Source: a virus (lineage: Duplodnaviria > Caudoviricetes). Taken from it: DNA of 60,666 nucleotides. The translations under genes were made by a program, and so were the position numbers. Below the pieces are notes generated by a model. It did not search any database. It saw only the letters and a list, made by a program, of their open reading frames with translations, and was not told the origin of the DNA. Location: IMG/VR virus record IMGVR_UViG_3300048898_000081, positions 1 through 60,666 of that record, one strand, 5' to 3'. Of the stretch, positions 18,376 through 28,047 are shown one piece after another; positions within the stretch are counted from its first letter, which is position 1, and every line of letters begins with the position of its first letter.

Positions 18376-21228
18376 ATGTCCACAGCAATCACGCCAGTTC
18401 AGCGTTATGACCGCCAGGCAGGGCCGCTCGCGGGGCTTACCTTCGAGAGCTATCTTTACAATTGGTCGATGTACATCAGGGCCGAGATGGAATATAGCCG
18501 GCCGCTCGCCCAAGCCGCGACTACGCTGCACATTCGCTCTCGAGGGATAACGATCGATGACATGGTTGGATATTACGGGACTACGCCTCAGACTGCCGGC
18601 AGATGGCTTAACTACGATGCGAACCTTGATGGCAGTGCTCATCCTATCAACATCGTCGGCCCAGCCTTTGCGACCAATAAGAACGCATGTTTGCAGTCGA
18701 ATTCTCAAACATCGGTTACAAGTGCAAACGCCTCTGCCCAGCATAAGCAGATCGCGATGCGATGGCAGAAAGTGTGCGATTACTTCGAACGTGTGAACTG
18801 GAACGAGCCTGACCGGGCGTTCATCTTCGACGACATTCAGAAAGGCGGAACGGAGTTGATCGATACGGTTCTGATCGAGATGGACAAGCAGGCGGTTCCT
18901 ACCTTGGAGGACGATAATCGCGGAGTGGCGAGCTACAAATGCGAGTCGTGCGGCTCGAATGGTATCGCACCGGTTGATAACGTCGAACAGGAAGGCGAGG
19001 GTGAGATCCCCTGTCCGCAATGCCAGGCTCCGGCGATCGGACGAATTCAGTCTTTGAAGGGCAAAGCGTTGGGCGAATCAGATGTCCCGACCTATGACAT
19101 CCGCAAAGAGATCATCAGCTTTTTCAACTTCACGATCGACCTGTACGGGGCGAAGGTGGGCGGACTCAATACGGCCGGCTGGCTGCAGATCCAGAGATTG
19201 CGTGACCTGATTTACATGCAGACGCATTATCCGGATCGGCCGTTCACAGGACCTTCGGTCTGGTCGTACACGTCTCGTTGCGATTACGCTTTAAGCCGAG
19301 GTCGATGGGATTATCTGAACTATCAGCCGAGGGAATCAGCCTGGGGATACGGCCATGAAAGATATGAGGAAAAGGCCATATATCTCCACGAAGATTCGTA
19401 TAAAAGTTTTCGTGCGAATGCTGACTATGAGTTCGTAAACAAGGACGGGCAGCGGACATTTAAGATCAAGAAAGGCCAGACCATCGGGGAAGCTCAGGAA
19501 GCCCTTTACGGTGAGAATTGCCGTGGGTTTAAGTTCGTCTGGTCTGAGGACATGCTGCTCGATATCCCGAGTCCCGAGGTTGAGGAACTGAACTTCAGAG
19601 AACGCTTCTCAGACGTCCACTGGTCGCGCGAGTCAGGGGCGTATCTTTCAAGCCCGAACTACTCGATAGTCTACATTCAGGACGACATAACTCTGCTCAA
19701 CACATTGAACCACAACATCATCGCCCGGAATGCCGTAAATCCGGTCTTTTATGATTCAACGGTGTTTGAGCAGACCGACTTTTCGAAAGAGTTTATTCCG
19801 ACGAAGAATGCGGCGTTGCTGGCTGATGGCGGGGTTAAAAACTACGTCACATCCTTACCGATCCCAACGCCATCGCCTTACCTGTCCCAGCAAATGCAGT
19901 GGCTCTGGGGTATTAAAGACTCGGTTTCACAGGTGACGCCGGCGATGAGAGGCGAGCAGGACCGCGGGGCTCCTTATGCTGCCCAGAGACAGCAGCTTGA
20001 GCAGTCGTACGGCAATCTGACCTCAGTTCTGAAGTCCTTTGCACAATGCAAAACCCAGACTTTCAGGAACCAGGCACGTCTTGCGAAAAAGAAATGGACG
20101 TTAGAACAATTCCAACGAGTAGGCTCGATGTGGGGCGAGATATGGACCGAGGAAGATGTTGAGGAAATGTGCCAGATCGACTTTGACCGTGATCTGGTCA
20201 TCACTTACGAACAGGGTTCCGAGATGCCGTCGACACCGATGGCGAAGGAGATGAAATTCTTCGGAGCATTGCAGCAGTTGATGCCGTTCGTTCAGGCGAA
20301 TCCGCAGATCATCGGGACCGACAAGTTCACGCAGATACTTCAGAAGATCGATGAATTCGGAGAGATCGACTTCGACCTGACCGGATTAGAGGTTGACGAA
20401 CTGATCGCCCAGAAACGATACAACGATCTCGCAACCGCGTGTCTGCCGTATCAGGGTATGAGCTTTGATGAGGTCGATGCTGCGAAGCAACAGGTCGTCT
20501 CTCAGCAACCGCCAGACCCGCAGGCGATGGAACAGGCTATTCAGACCGCTCAAGCGGCTCCTGATGACCCGCAGGCTCAAGCACAGGCCAAACAAATGGC
20601 GACACCGACGCCGATAACGGCAATGGATCTCCTGACCGAGAAGATATTCCATGAATCGGGCATCAGGTTCAGCCAGTACGAGGACCTGTCCCAGCAGAAA
20701 GGATTCTTCGTCGAGATGCTTCGCGGTGAGATCGGTAAGACGAAACCGAACTATGTGTTGATCGAAATGATGACGACCATGCTCGGACTGCTTGATCAGG
20801 CGATTGAGGGCCAGCAGGAGAAAGAGATCATGTCGAGCCCGCAGGCTAAGGCAGCCGCGGCCGCTGATGCTGCCACAAAGGACGATCGCGATAAGCAAAT
20901 GGCTCTTGAGGCCGCAAAGATCAACTCCGAGGTCGATAAGAATCAGGCTGACGTCGCGCTCAAGACCAAGGAGCTTGAGATAAAGGCTCATCAGGGCGAC
21001 CGGGATGCGTTGCTTGAGGCGGTGAAGGATGATCCGGCACCTGAACAGCATCACGTCAGCGAGTCAATGACCTACAAAGACGCTCCGCCCAGCATACGCC
21101 GGCAAATGGAGGAACAGGCTGGCATGACGCCTGCCACTCAGGAAGAATCGAAGGTCGAGCTCGATGCGAAGAAGCAGGAAGCGAAGCCGAAACCCGCTCC
21201 GGTAGCGAAACCAAGGGAGAAGAAATGA
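18376..21228 (+). CDS. portal protein (P22-like) with Zn-ribbon insertion
   Basis: Size and position after terL; SQVTPAMRGE...QQLEQS motif; long Q/A-rich C-terminal barrel; SMTYKDAPP tail. Confidence 0.82.
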   Translation: MSTAITPVQRYDRQAGPLAGLTFESYLYNWSMYIRAEMEYSRPLAQAATTLHIRSRGITIDDMVGYYGTTPQTAGRWLNYDANLDGSAHPINIVGPAFATNKNACLQSNSQTSVTSANASAQHKQIAMRWQKVCDYFERVNWNEPDRAFIFDDIQKGGTELIDTVLIEMDKQAVPTLEDDNRGVASYKCESCGSNGIAPVDNVEQEGEGEIPCPQCQAPAIGRIQSLKGKALGESDVPTYDIRKEIISFFNFTIDLYGAKVGGLNTAGWLQIQRLRDLIYMQTHYPDRPFTGPSVWSYTSRCDYALSRGRWDYLNYQPRESAWGYGHERYEEKAIYLHEDSYKSFRANADYEFVNKDGQRTFKIKKGQTIGEAQEALYGENCRGFKFVWSEDMLLDIPSPEVEELNFRERFSDVHWSRESGAYLSSPNYSIVYIQDDITLLNTLNHNIIARNAVNPVFYDSTVFEQTDFSKEFIPTKNAALLADGGVKNYVTSLPIPTPSPYLSQQMQWLWGIKDSVSQVTPAMRGEQDRGAPYAAQRQQLEQSYGNLTSVLKSFAQCKTQTFRNQARLAKKKWTLEQFQRVGSMWGEIWTEEDVEEMCQIDFDRDLVITYEQGSEMPSTPMAKEMKFFGALQQLMPFVQANPQIIGTDKFTQILQKIDEFGEIDFDLTGLEVDELIAQKRYNDLATACLPYQGMSFDEVDAAKQQVVSQQPPDPQAMEQAIQTAQAAPDDPQAQAQAKQMATPTPITAMDLLTEKIFHESGIRFSQYEDLSQQKGFFVEMLRGEIGKTKPNYVLIEMMTTMLGLLDQAIEGQQEKEIMSSPQAKAAAAADAATKDDRDKQMALEAAKINSEVDKNQADVALKTKELEIKAHQGDRDALLEAVKDDPAPEQHHVSESMTYKDAPPSIRRQMEEQAGMTPATQEESKVELDAKKQEAKPKPAPVAKPREKK

Positions 21229-21614
21229 GAGAAGACATCCAGAAATTCCTAGACTTTCTACACACCAAGGCCGTTAAAAAATGGTCCGAGACGATGAATC
21301 AATCCGTCGGACTCAAAATCGTCTCAGTCAGCGGCTTCCACGTTAGGGCCGTCATCGCAAATGACCAAATTGAGCGATTCTGGGAGTTGCTGACAAGTCA
21401 ATTACCCAAGGACGCCACTCTCTATGACTTGCACGATGGAGAGGTTTTGTTGCAGGGAATTTCTAACGGCACCTATTGCGATATGCACTCAATGATCTTC
21501 GCAAGTCAGGAGTGGCCGGTCGTGGGTAACGCAGAACCGATTCCATCATTCGAGGCTGTATTTAACCGCGAAGACTTCACGCCTGTCTTGGAACTCCACT
21601 TCGCCAATGCCTGA
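21225..21614 (+). CDS. hypothetical protein
   Basis: ATGA-coupled to portal. Confidence 0.6.
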   Translation: MREDIQKFLDFLHTKAVKKWSETMNQSVGLKIVSVSGFHVRAVIANDQIERFWELLTSQLPKDATLYDLHDGEVLLQGISNGTYCDMHSMIFASQEWPVVGNAEPIPSFEAVFNREDFTPVLELHFANA

Positions 21615-21807
21615 AGAAGAACTAACGCCAGAATGCCAGCGACTGATTCTGATGGCGGAATCGGTGCTACATTTCCTCGTCAAAACCAACCTGACGCGGG
21701 AGCAGGCGATCGACATCAAACGCCGGTTCCAACTTCCTTTGGGCGTGCTCAACAAGCGGTTTGATCTACAGCCAAACGGTAATGGCCGGCGAATAGAGAA
21801 AAGATGA
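21607..21807 (+). CDS. hypothetical protein
   Basis: Tightly packed ORF. Confidence 0.55.
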   Translation: MPEEELTPECQRLILMAESVLHFLVKTNLTREQAIDIKRRFQLPLGVLNKRFDLQPNGNGRRIEKR

Positions 21808-22040
21808 AATTCCTGACATGCGGCATAACCGGTGAGTGCGAGAATTGCAAATTTGAAGCGTTGCTCTACGTCAAATCAATGATACGACCGTTGGATGTTA
21901 GCTCGATCGTAGAACCTGAAGATCCGCTGATACTTCCGACCATGAAAGTCTGCCCGACATGCTTCGAAACGCCGGCGGGATGTGTGAGCGAGAATCTTCG
22001 GCATGAACGGCTCGATGAGAAGGAGTATCTGGTAAAATAA
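21804..22040 (+). CDS. small Zn-finger protein
   Basis: CENC...CPTC. Confidence 0.55.
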   Translation: MKFLTCGITGECENCKFEALLYVKSMIRPLDVSSIVEPEDPLILPTMKVCPTCFETPAGCVSENLRHERLDEKEYLVK

Positions 22041-22044
22041 AGCT

Positions 22045-22434
22045 ATGGACGATCAACAAAAATTTGATGCGTGTCTCAGCGCAATCGGTGAGTTGCATGA
22101 TCCTGAGAACATCACTTATTTCGTGAAAGACGAGGTACGTAGAAAGCCGACGTCGCGGTTTCGCCGGTTCTGGAACGCTTATCGATACTATCGCTGGCAT
22201 TACGGACTCTGGGCGTCTCTTCGAGCCGCGTGGAAATATCCCGATAGATGGATTTATGACGGGGATTCGCGAGTGGCTGGCGTTGGGAAGTGGCGACACG
22301 AGCCTTGGGTGGCGATAGGTTTCGGGTCGGAAGTCGAGGACCCTTATTGGTACTTCAATGATCAAACCCATCCATCGTCTGAAGGCATCGCATTGGCAAT
22401 AAAGACTGACGAAGAAATGCGAAAAAGAAGGTAA
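22045..22434 (+). CDS. hypothetical protein
   Basis: Packed ORF; W/Y-rich. Confidence 0.55.
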   Translation: MDDQQKFDACLSAIGELHDPENITYFVKDEVRRKPTSRFRRFWNAYRYYRWHYGLWASLRAAWKYPDRWIYDGDSRVAGVGKWRHEPWVAIGFGSEVEDPYWYFNDQTHPSSEGIALAIKTDEEMRKRR

Positions 22435-22450
22435 TGACGTCGGAGAATTT

Positions 22451-22705
22451 ATGACTTTCCACCCCATGAGCGACATAGAAGACCGCCACAAGATAAAGTT
22501 CGGCGGGATCATTCCAAAAGACGTTGACGATCCGTTTCCAACTGTCGACGGCAAGCTCGACCTGAACGATTACATGCTTGTGCCGAGGGATCGGTACAAA
22601 AAGCTAATTGAACTGCTGAAAGAGGTGGCCGAATACTATCGAAACGGCAAAATGGGTAATGTTTGGTTAGAGATTGAAGCCGCTATCAAGGACGAGGAAG
22701 TATGA
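22451..22705 (+). CDS. hypothetical protein
   Basis: GGAG RBS. Confidence 0.55.
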   Translation: MTFHPMSDIEDRHKIKFGGIIPKDVDDPFPTVDGKLDLNDYMLVPRDRYKKLIELLKEVAEYYRNGKMGNVWLEIEAAIKDEEV

Positions 22706-22932
22706 AATTTCACCCAAATAGCCCGGTCATGCAGGCTTACTATTCAACTGGATACGGCAATTACGAAAGAGATATGGCAGCTTTAAAAGCCTGCCGCCAC
22801 GGTAACGACGACGAATGCCCTAAATCATGTGCTAACTGCCCGCACCGATGCTGCTGGCATGCTCGGACGGAGAAAGGGGCTTGCACCATCTCATCGTGTA
22901 ACTGTACGAGGTGGGAGGAGAGGGAAGGATAA
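22702..22932 (+). CDS. Cys/His-rich small protein
   Basis: CANCPHRCCWH...C...CNC. Confidence 0.55.
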   Translation: MKFHPNSPVMQAYYSTGYGNYERDMAALKACRHGNDDECPKSCANCPHRCCWHARTEKGACTISSCNCTRWEEREG

Positions 22933-23174
22933 TGTCATACCATATTCAAAACGACCTTCTAGCTAGTGAAGACCTCGCGATAACGCTTACTATGCAGGAA
23001 TGGGTCGAGGTTGGGAATGTATTCGAAAAAGCTATCAAGGATGGCGGCCTGACGCCGGCCGCTTTTGCGGTGTTTCAGAAGATCTGTGCGGCCAACATGC
23101 AAGCCACAAGCCCCTTAAGCTTTGAGGAGTTCGTAAGAAAGCACGGCGACAAGATACTTGAATGCCAAAAGTGA
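22932..23174 (+). CDS. hypothetical protein
   Basis: TAATG overlap. Confidence 0.55.
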   Translation: MSYHIQNDLLASEDLAITLTMQEWVEVGNVFEKAIKDGGLTPAAFAVFQKICAANMQATSPLSFEEFVRKHGDKILECQK

Positions 23175-23266
23175 CAAAACCCGCGAAAATGTGAACACAT
23201 TTGGGTTTGGGTGTTTTCCTAATTTGGTGGGAAAGCACCATTTTAATTCCCTCGAATTCGAGGGAA

Positions 23267-23614
23267 TTAGCGTTTATATTTCTGCATCGCATACAGGGCT
23301 TTGTCGTATTCCGGCTCCCAACCCATTTTCGAGAGCATCTCTTCTCGCGAATTGACAAAGACCGGAGATTCTTTTCGCGCTGCTGCCGCATTCCACCCCT
23401 CGTAAAAACCTTCCTCGTAACACGTTTGCTTATCCCAAACCGGATCGTCGATCGGATTGTTTTTGGACAGCCAAACAAAGGAAGCCTGCCTACGGGCTAC
23501 CATCATCGGTTTGTATGATTCAGGTATAGCGCCAGATGCTTTAGTTTGATGGAGTACTTGGAGAAGCCAGACAAATTCTTGCCAGCGAGTTTTGATTCTT
23601 TGAAGTATTTTCAT
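23267..23614 (-). CDS. hypothetical protein in inverted module
   Basis: GAGG RBS; ATGA overlap with read-through frame of upstream HTH gene. Confidence 0.55.
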   Translation of the reverse strand: MKILQRIKTRWQEFVWLLQVLHQTKASGAIPESYKPMMVARRQASFVWLSKNNPIDDPVWDKQTCYEEGFYEGWNAAAARKESPVFVNSREEMLSKMGWEPEYDKALYAMQKYKR

Positions 23615-24159
23615 AAATTTCCTCTCTTCCGGTTTTCGTTTTTGCTTCTACCGCCACGCGTGAGCGAAGCGAACGCTTTTCTTCTCTTGTCTTTTTGCGA
23701 GCGTAGCGAGTTTTTCTCTTCTCTTCTTTCTTTTATGTAGTAATCATATCTGTAGTAATCATATGTATTAATACCTTTGCGCTTTTTGCGTATACCTATT
23801 GACGTTTTTGCGTATACCCCTATTGCGCTTTTTGCGTATAGGGGGGGGGGCTATTCAACGAGCGTTGGCTGACGGAGTAAAATCTGGATTCTTCGATCTA
23901 CAATTTGGTGCGTTTTGCTTCGACGGATTGTTGTTTTAACGTGTCCGGTGGCTTCTAGTTGCGCGATCCATCGGCTCACTGTCGATTTGGACACTCCGTA
24001 TAGATTAGCGAAGTACTGATTCTTAGCCCAACAATACCCTTTCACACTGGTCAACGCCGTAATTTCGCCGTAAAGGAGCTTGGCACTCGGTGAGAGGTTT
24101 GGATCATATCGAACTGGCGAAGGGATGTTCGCATAGTAATTAGGGTTTTCTTCGCTCAT
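23611..24159 (-). pseudogene. HTH_36-type replication-initiator-like gene interrupted by TAG at 23851-23853 (102-aa ORF plus ~80-codon open continuation)
   Basis: PNYYANIPSPVRYDPNLSPSAKLLYGEITALT...GYCWAKNQYFANLY; frame continues through iterons to TGA at 23611. Confidence 0.65.
23736..23850 (-). repeat. iteron-like repeats and G10/C10 tract
   Basis: 3x TATACGCAAAAA(GCG/CGT)CAA, 2x ATATGATTACTACA, 10-nt homopolymer. Confidence 0.8.
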
Positions 24160-24300
24160 GGTTTCAAAAGAAATGCTCTGTCTTCGGCAGTTGTGGTTAC
24201 CGAAAACAGAGCAAATGATTGGCCGATTTAGTTGTCGAACTGATTAGGCCACAACAACCGAATCAGCCTCTTGGCGTCGTCTAACAGTTAAGACAATCCC

Positions 24301-24329
24301 ATTCTACCGCAACCGCACATCCGACACAA
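24301..24329 (-). promoter_or_regulatory. leftward promoter for inverted HTH module
   Basis: TTGTGT-17-TAGAAT. Confidence 0.5.
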
Positions 24330-24351
24330 TAGCCCTCAGAACAATTTCCAA

Positions 24352-24381
24352 TTGACAAATTTCACGGCTTAGTAATACACT
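24352..24381 (+). promoter_or_regulatory. rightward promoter for head genes
   Basis: TTGACA-18-TACACT. Confidence 0.65.
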
Positions 24382-24392
24382 TCGGAGTGTCA

Positions 24393-24469
24393 AGAGACGG
24401 GTTACGACCCTCAGCCGCAGAACTTACGAGTTCAGCGATTCGAGATCGACCCGTCTCTTTTTTATTTTT
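24393..24469 (+). terminator. long hairpin + U-tract (attenuator or sRNA terminator)
   Basis: AGAGACGGGT...ACCCGTCTCT then TTTTTATTTTT. Confidence 0.6.
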
Positions 24470-24550
24470 CAACCGGACAGCCATCGTTGAAAAGCCAAGC
24501 GGTCATCGCCAAAGGCCATCGCCGCCAACGCTAAGGAGACCATCGCAACA

Positions 24551-25990
24551 ATGCCCGAAGAAGCCGGGGCCACAGCCCCAACAAGCGGATCCGTTCTACA
24601 AAATCTGACAGCAGCATTTGAGGCGGCCGCTGAACCCGCAACCATTGACAATTCAAAACCCGTAGAACCTGAGAAGGCAGCCGAGGAAAAGCCGGCCGAG
24701 GTCGAGACCCCCGAGGATGAAAAGCCTGAAGGCGATAAAAAGCCCGACGAAGAGGCGAAACCCGAAGAGGAAAAGACCGAGGAGAAACCGGACGACAAAG
24801 CCGACGAGGCAGAGGATGACGAGGAAACCGTTGACGAAGACGGTCCTGACATCCTGACACGCGAGGAGATCGAGGAAAAGTTCGCGAGGAGCAACACCAA
24901 AGCCCTGCGTACGCTGACCGCCGATTACGCCGAAGCGCTTCAGGAGAAAACGGAACAGGTAGACTCCCTTGGGGGCGAGCCGTTCCTTCAACCTCTTTCG
25001 AAGATCTCAGGCATTCTGCAGCAGCCGAACCTTCCGGCGTCCGAATACATGCCGTTTTTCGATGGCATCGTAGAGGCGTCAGGGGCAGATGCGATGGGCA
25101 AGGTCATGACTTTGGCCGCGCAACTCGTCTTCAACCATTCCGACATATGGACGAAGAACCCTGAGACAGCCGAATTCGGAAAGGCCATCGAATCGATCAG
25201 CGACCGCATTCTCGACCAAAAGTACGGAATGACGAACGCCGAGATCCTTGAAATGAAGGAATTTGCTGCGGTCGGATGGCTCGACAAGCTCAAAGAGTGG
25301 ACGGAAAACGAATTCGTTCCTCAAGACGAACTCCACGAGCTCATAGCCGCCAGCAACAATCCGGCCCTTAAGAAACTCGCTGCGGAAAACCGGGAATTGA
25401 AACGCCAACAGGAAGCGGACAAGGCATCGGACAAAGGTGCTAAAGCCACTGAGGACCAGGAACTAGAGACCTCGTTTGGTGGATTTGCGAACAATGCGGT
25501 GGAAACGGTACTTGAGGAAGTGGTCTGGGGCGATAAAAGCCGCAGCACTTTCCGAGAGATCAAGACCGACAGCGATGAACTCAAAGAGCACAAGGCTTTT
25601 TTCCGGGATGTGATCACGAAAGCGGTCACTGACGAATTTCATCGAAGCCCCGCAAAATCCGCACTATTGAAAGGCTTCCGAGAAGGTAAGCAGGGAACTT
25701 CCATCTATCGAAAAGAACTGGCAGATGCGTTTGCCGACGTTCTCAAAAAGGTGGAACCGACAAAGGCAAGGGCCGAGTCGATGCTGACCAAGATCTACGG
25801 TAAGAACTTCAACGCCAAACTAATTCCAAAACCTGCTCCAACAAACGGCGATGCGCCAAAACCCGACGCTAAGACCGAGGCACCCTTGAAGCCCACGGAA
25901 ACGACCAACTTCAAGCCCTCGACCGGACCGAAAGAAGTACGGGACATCGACAAAGTTCTCGAACAGGCCTTTATCGAAAACGCCCGTTAA
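24551..25990 (+). CDS. scaffolding / head-assembly protein
   Basis: Very acidic E/D/K/P N-terminus, helical; directly upstream of capsid gene. Confidence 0.72.
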   Translation: MPEEAGATAPTSGSVLQNLTAAFEAAAEPATIDNSKPVEPEKAAEEKPAEVETPEDEKPEGDKKPDEEAKPEEEKTEEKPDDKADEAEDDEETVDEDGPDILTREEIEEKFARSNTKALRTLTADYAEALQEKTEQVDSLGGEPFLQPLSKISGILQQPNLPASEYMPFFDGIVEASGADAMGKVMTLAAQLVFNHSDIWTKNPETAEFGKAIESISDRILDQKYGMTNAEILEMKEFAAVGWLDKLKEWTENEFVPQDELHELIAASNNPALKKLAAENRELKRQQEADKASDKGAKATEDQELETSFGGFANNAVETVLEEVVWGDKSRSTFREIKTDSDELKEHKAFFRDVITKAVTDEFHRSPAKSALLKGFREGKQGTSIYRKELADAFADVLKKVEPTKARAESMLTKIYGKNFNAKLIPKPAPTNGDAPKPDAKTEAPLKPTETTNFKPSTGPKEVRDIDKVLEQAFIENAR

Positions 25991-26015
25991 GTAAAACCTT
26001 AGCGAGGATAAACAC

Positions 26016-27320
26016 ATGTCAGTTATCACCGGCATCAACAACGGTTCACTCGTAGAAGTGATGGACCAGGCGTTGCAAGACCTTAAAACCGCAGAAAATT
26101 ACATTACTTCCAAACTCAACGACGGCAGCAATCTTCAAGTCCAGATGGCGAATAACCGCGGATTCCGCATCGCCCTCGACTACACCCGAAACTCCTCGGT
26201 TGGTACGCCTGATCCCGATGGCGGCACGCTGACCAAGACAAGCAAACCCCCGCTCGACAACATGACTGCGAATTTGCAGTACATCCAGTTCGGGCAGGAG
26301 ATCAGCAACCTTCAGCTCGCGAATAGTGCTCCGGGAATGCACGTAGGCCCGGCGGCGAAAGCTATCGCGGCTCGCAAAGCCCTGCAGCGTCGCGCGGAAA
26401 TGGAAGAGTATTATTTCTGCCGCGGGGCAGGTAAATCAACCATCGCCATTCCGACGACAGGCGTTGCCACGACCATCAACGTCGCAGGCGTTCTGACCTG
26501 CTCAGGTGCTACTGACGGACTTGGCGGCTATCTCCTCTCAGGCGGAAACGGCAACAACCAGTATGTCCGTTTCGTGAACTCGAGCTATGTGTTCAAGCAC
26601 TCCGGTTACATCACCGGCAAGACCTCGAACACCGTGCTTGAGTACACGCCCGATGTGATCACCACGACTGGTATTTTGACGACCGACTTCATCCTTCCGG
26701 ATGGGACGGGTTCGGCGGGCATCAAAGGCCTTCCGTACTTCATCAACGCGACGGGAACGATGTACGACAAGACCACAGTATTGGCTCTTGCCGCGACCAT
26801 CGATTCATCGACCACGACCTTTACCCGTACCGCGATGGAAGCTCTCTATCGCAACTCGAAGGTTCGCTGCGGCTACAACCCGAAGCAGAGAAGCGTTTGC
26901 TCGGAAGCCCAGATGTCGAACTACTACGCCCAGTTCTACGCCCAGAACTCGGCCCAGGTGCACGTAGTAGGCGGTCAGCGGCCGGACATCGATATCGGTG
27001 CCGGAACGTCGATGGACGAGTACACCTTCTGGGGTCAGAAGATCGACAACTACATGTTCATTCACCCGGCAAACTGGTGGATGCTCGACTACAACACGTT
27101 GACGAGGCTCACGCTCAAACAGGCCGGGGCAATGCTCACACCTGCGGGCGACTTCGTTCAGAAGATCAGCGGCGGCGACTACGCCAATGCACAGGTTCGC
27201 TGGGACGACGATTACATCGAGTTCCTGTCTCCACAGCCGTTCAAGAATGCAGGTTTTACTGCGCTGGCCTTTTCAGGCCTCCCCGGTTTACTTGTCAATA
27301 GCAACTTTACAGGCTCGTAA
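26016..27320 (+). CDS. major capsid protein
   Basis: 434 aa after scaffold; strong codon bias; GIKGL...I and HK97-like layout; followed by terminator-like hairpin. Confidence 0.82.
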   Translation: MSVITGINNGSLVEVMDQALQDLKTAENYITSKLNDGSNLQVQMANNRGFRIALDYTRNSSVGTPDPDGGTLTKTSKPPLDNMTANLQYIQFGQEISNLQLANSAPGMHVGPAAKAIAARKALQRRAEMEEYYFCRGAGKSTIAIPTTGVATTINVAGVLTCSGATDGLGGYLLSGGNGNNQYVRFVNSSYVFKHSGYITGKTSNTVLEYTPDVITTTGILTTDFILPDGTGSAGIKGLPYFINATGTMYDKTTVLALAATIDSSTTTFTRTAMEALYRNSKVRCGYNPKQRSVCSEAQMSNYYAQFYAQNSAQVHVVGGQRPDIDIGAGTSMDEYTFWGQKIDNYMFIHPANWWMLDYNTLTRLTLKQAGAMLTPAGDFVQKISGGDYANAQVRWDDDYIEFLSPQPFKNAGFTALAFSGLPGLLVNSNFTGS

Positions 27321-27347
27321 GAATCGGTAGTTGTTTAACCCTTGGAT

Positions 27348-27378
27348 TGGGCGGTGTCTACGGATGCCGCCCATTTAT
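27348..27378 (+). terminator. hairpin after capsid gene
   Basis: TGGGCGGTGTC-TACG-GATGCCGCCCA-TTTAT (cUACGg loop). Confidence 0.55.
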
Positions 27379-27387
27379 AAAAACCGA

Positions 27388-28029
27388 ATGCCAACACCCG
27401 TAGCACACGACCATTTGATCTACGAACCCGCACCGCCGATCTCGAACGAGTTTCAGGCGGAATTTGACCGTTTGGTGCCGATGAGCCCGAACCAGAAAGA
27501 CCGGATGCTCCGGTACGTTTGGGGCATGGACAGACTTGAGTTCTGCGCGGGCGAGTGGGACCGCCGATATGCCGACATCGACAACGAGCCGCCGAAGTAC
27601 ATCGGGAAGCCGCGATGGGTTCTTGAAGGATGGCAGAGTCCGGATGTGTTCGATAAGGCTGAATGGCTCAGAGACGAGCATCTGCTTGGCGCGTGGCCCG
27701 CAAACGGCGTATGGGATTTTATCGAGTATCACGAAACGACCGAGCGTGAATTTCTACCGCTCGACAACTCGGCTCTTGACCGCGTTCGCAACTGGAAACA
27801 TTGGCGGTCGAAAGGATTTAAGCGGGCGGTTGAGGCAATGATGGAGGCCCGGATGCTTCGCTATTCGCTTCAGCAGCAACGCAACCACGAGGCGGGATTC
27901 GCCGTCGCGCAGCAGTTTGGCGAGGACGTTGTGAAGTGCTTTGAGAACGGCGTCGACCAGGTATCGACCTCGGGCAGAAATATCGGCTACAAGAAAACCG
28001 AATCGGGCCTATTGGTTCCGAATAATTAG
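27388..28029 (+). CDS. hypothetical head-module protein
   Basis: Protein-like ORF after capsid gene. Confidence 0.65.
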   Translation: MPTPVAHDHLIYEPAPPISNEFQAEFDRLVPMSPNQKDRMLRYVWGMDRLEFCAGEWDRRYADIDNEPPKYIGKPRWVLEGWQSPDVFDKAEWLRDEHLLGAWPANGVWDFIEYHETTEREFLPLDNSALDRVRNWKHWRSKGFKRAVEAMMEARMLRYSLQQQRNHEAGFAVAQQFGEDVVKCFENGVDQVSTSGRNIGYKKTESGLLVPNN

Positions 28030-28047
28030 GAGAAGAACAACAATTTT

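Noticed and set aside
23736-23850. Mini CRISPR array
   Set aside because: Repeats are nearly contiguous with no spacer-length unique sequence; they fit iterons
23851-23853. Genome-wide amber reassignment
   Set aside because: Many genes end at TAG with tight downstream coupling; no suppressor tRNA seen
24387-24608. 73-aa ORF upstream of scaffold
   Set aside because: Runs through a hairpin and U-tract, lacks an RBS and is not protein-like
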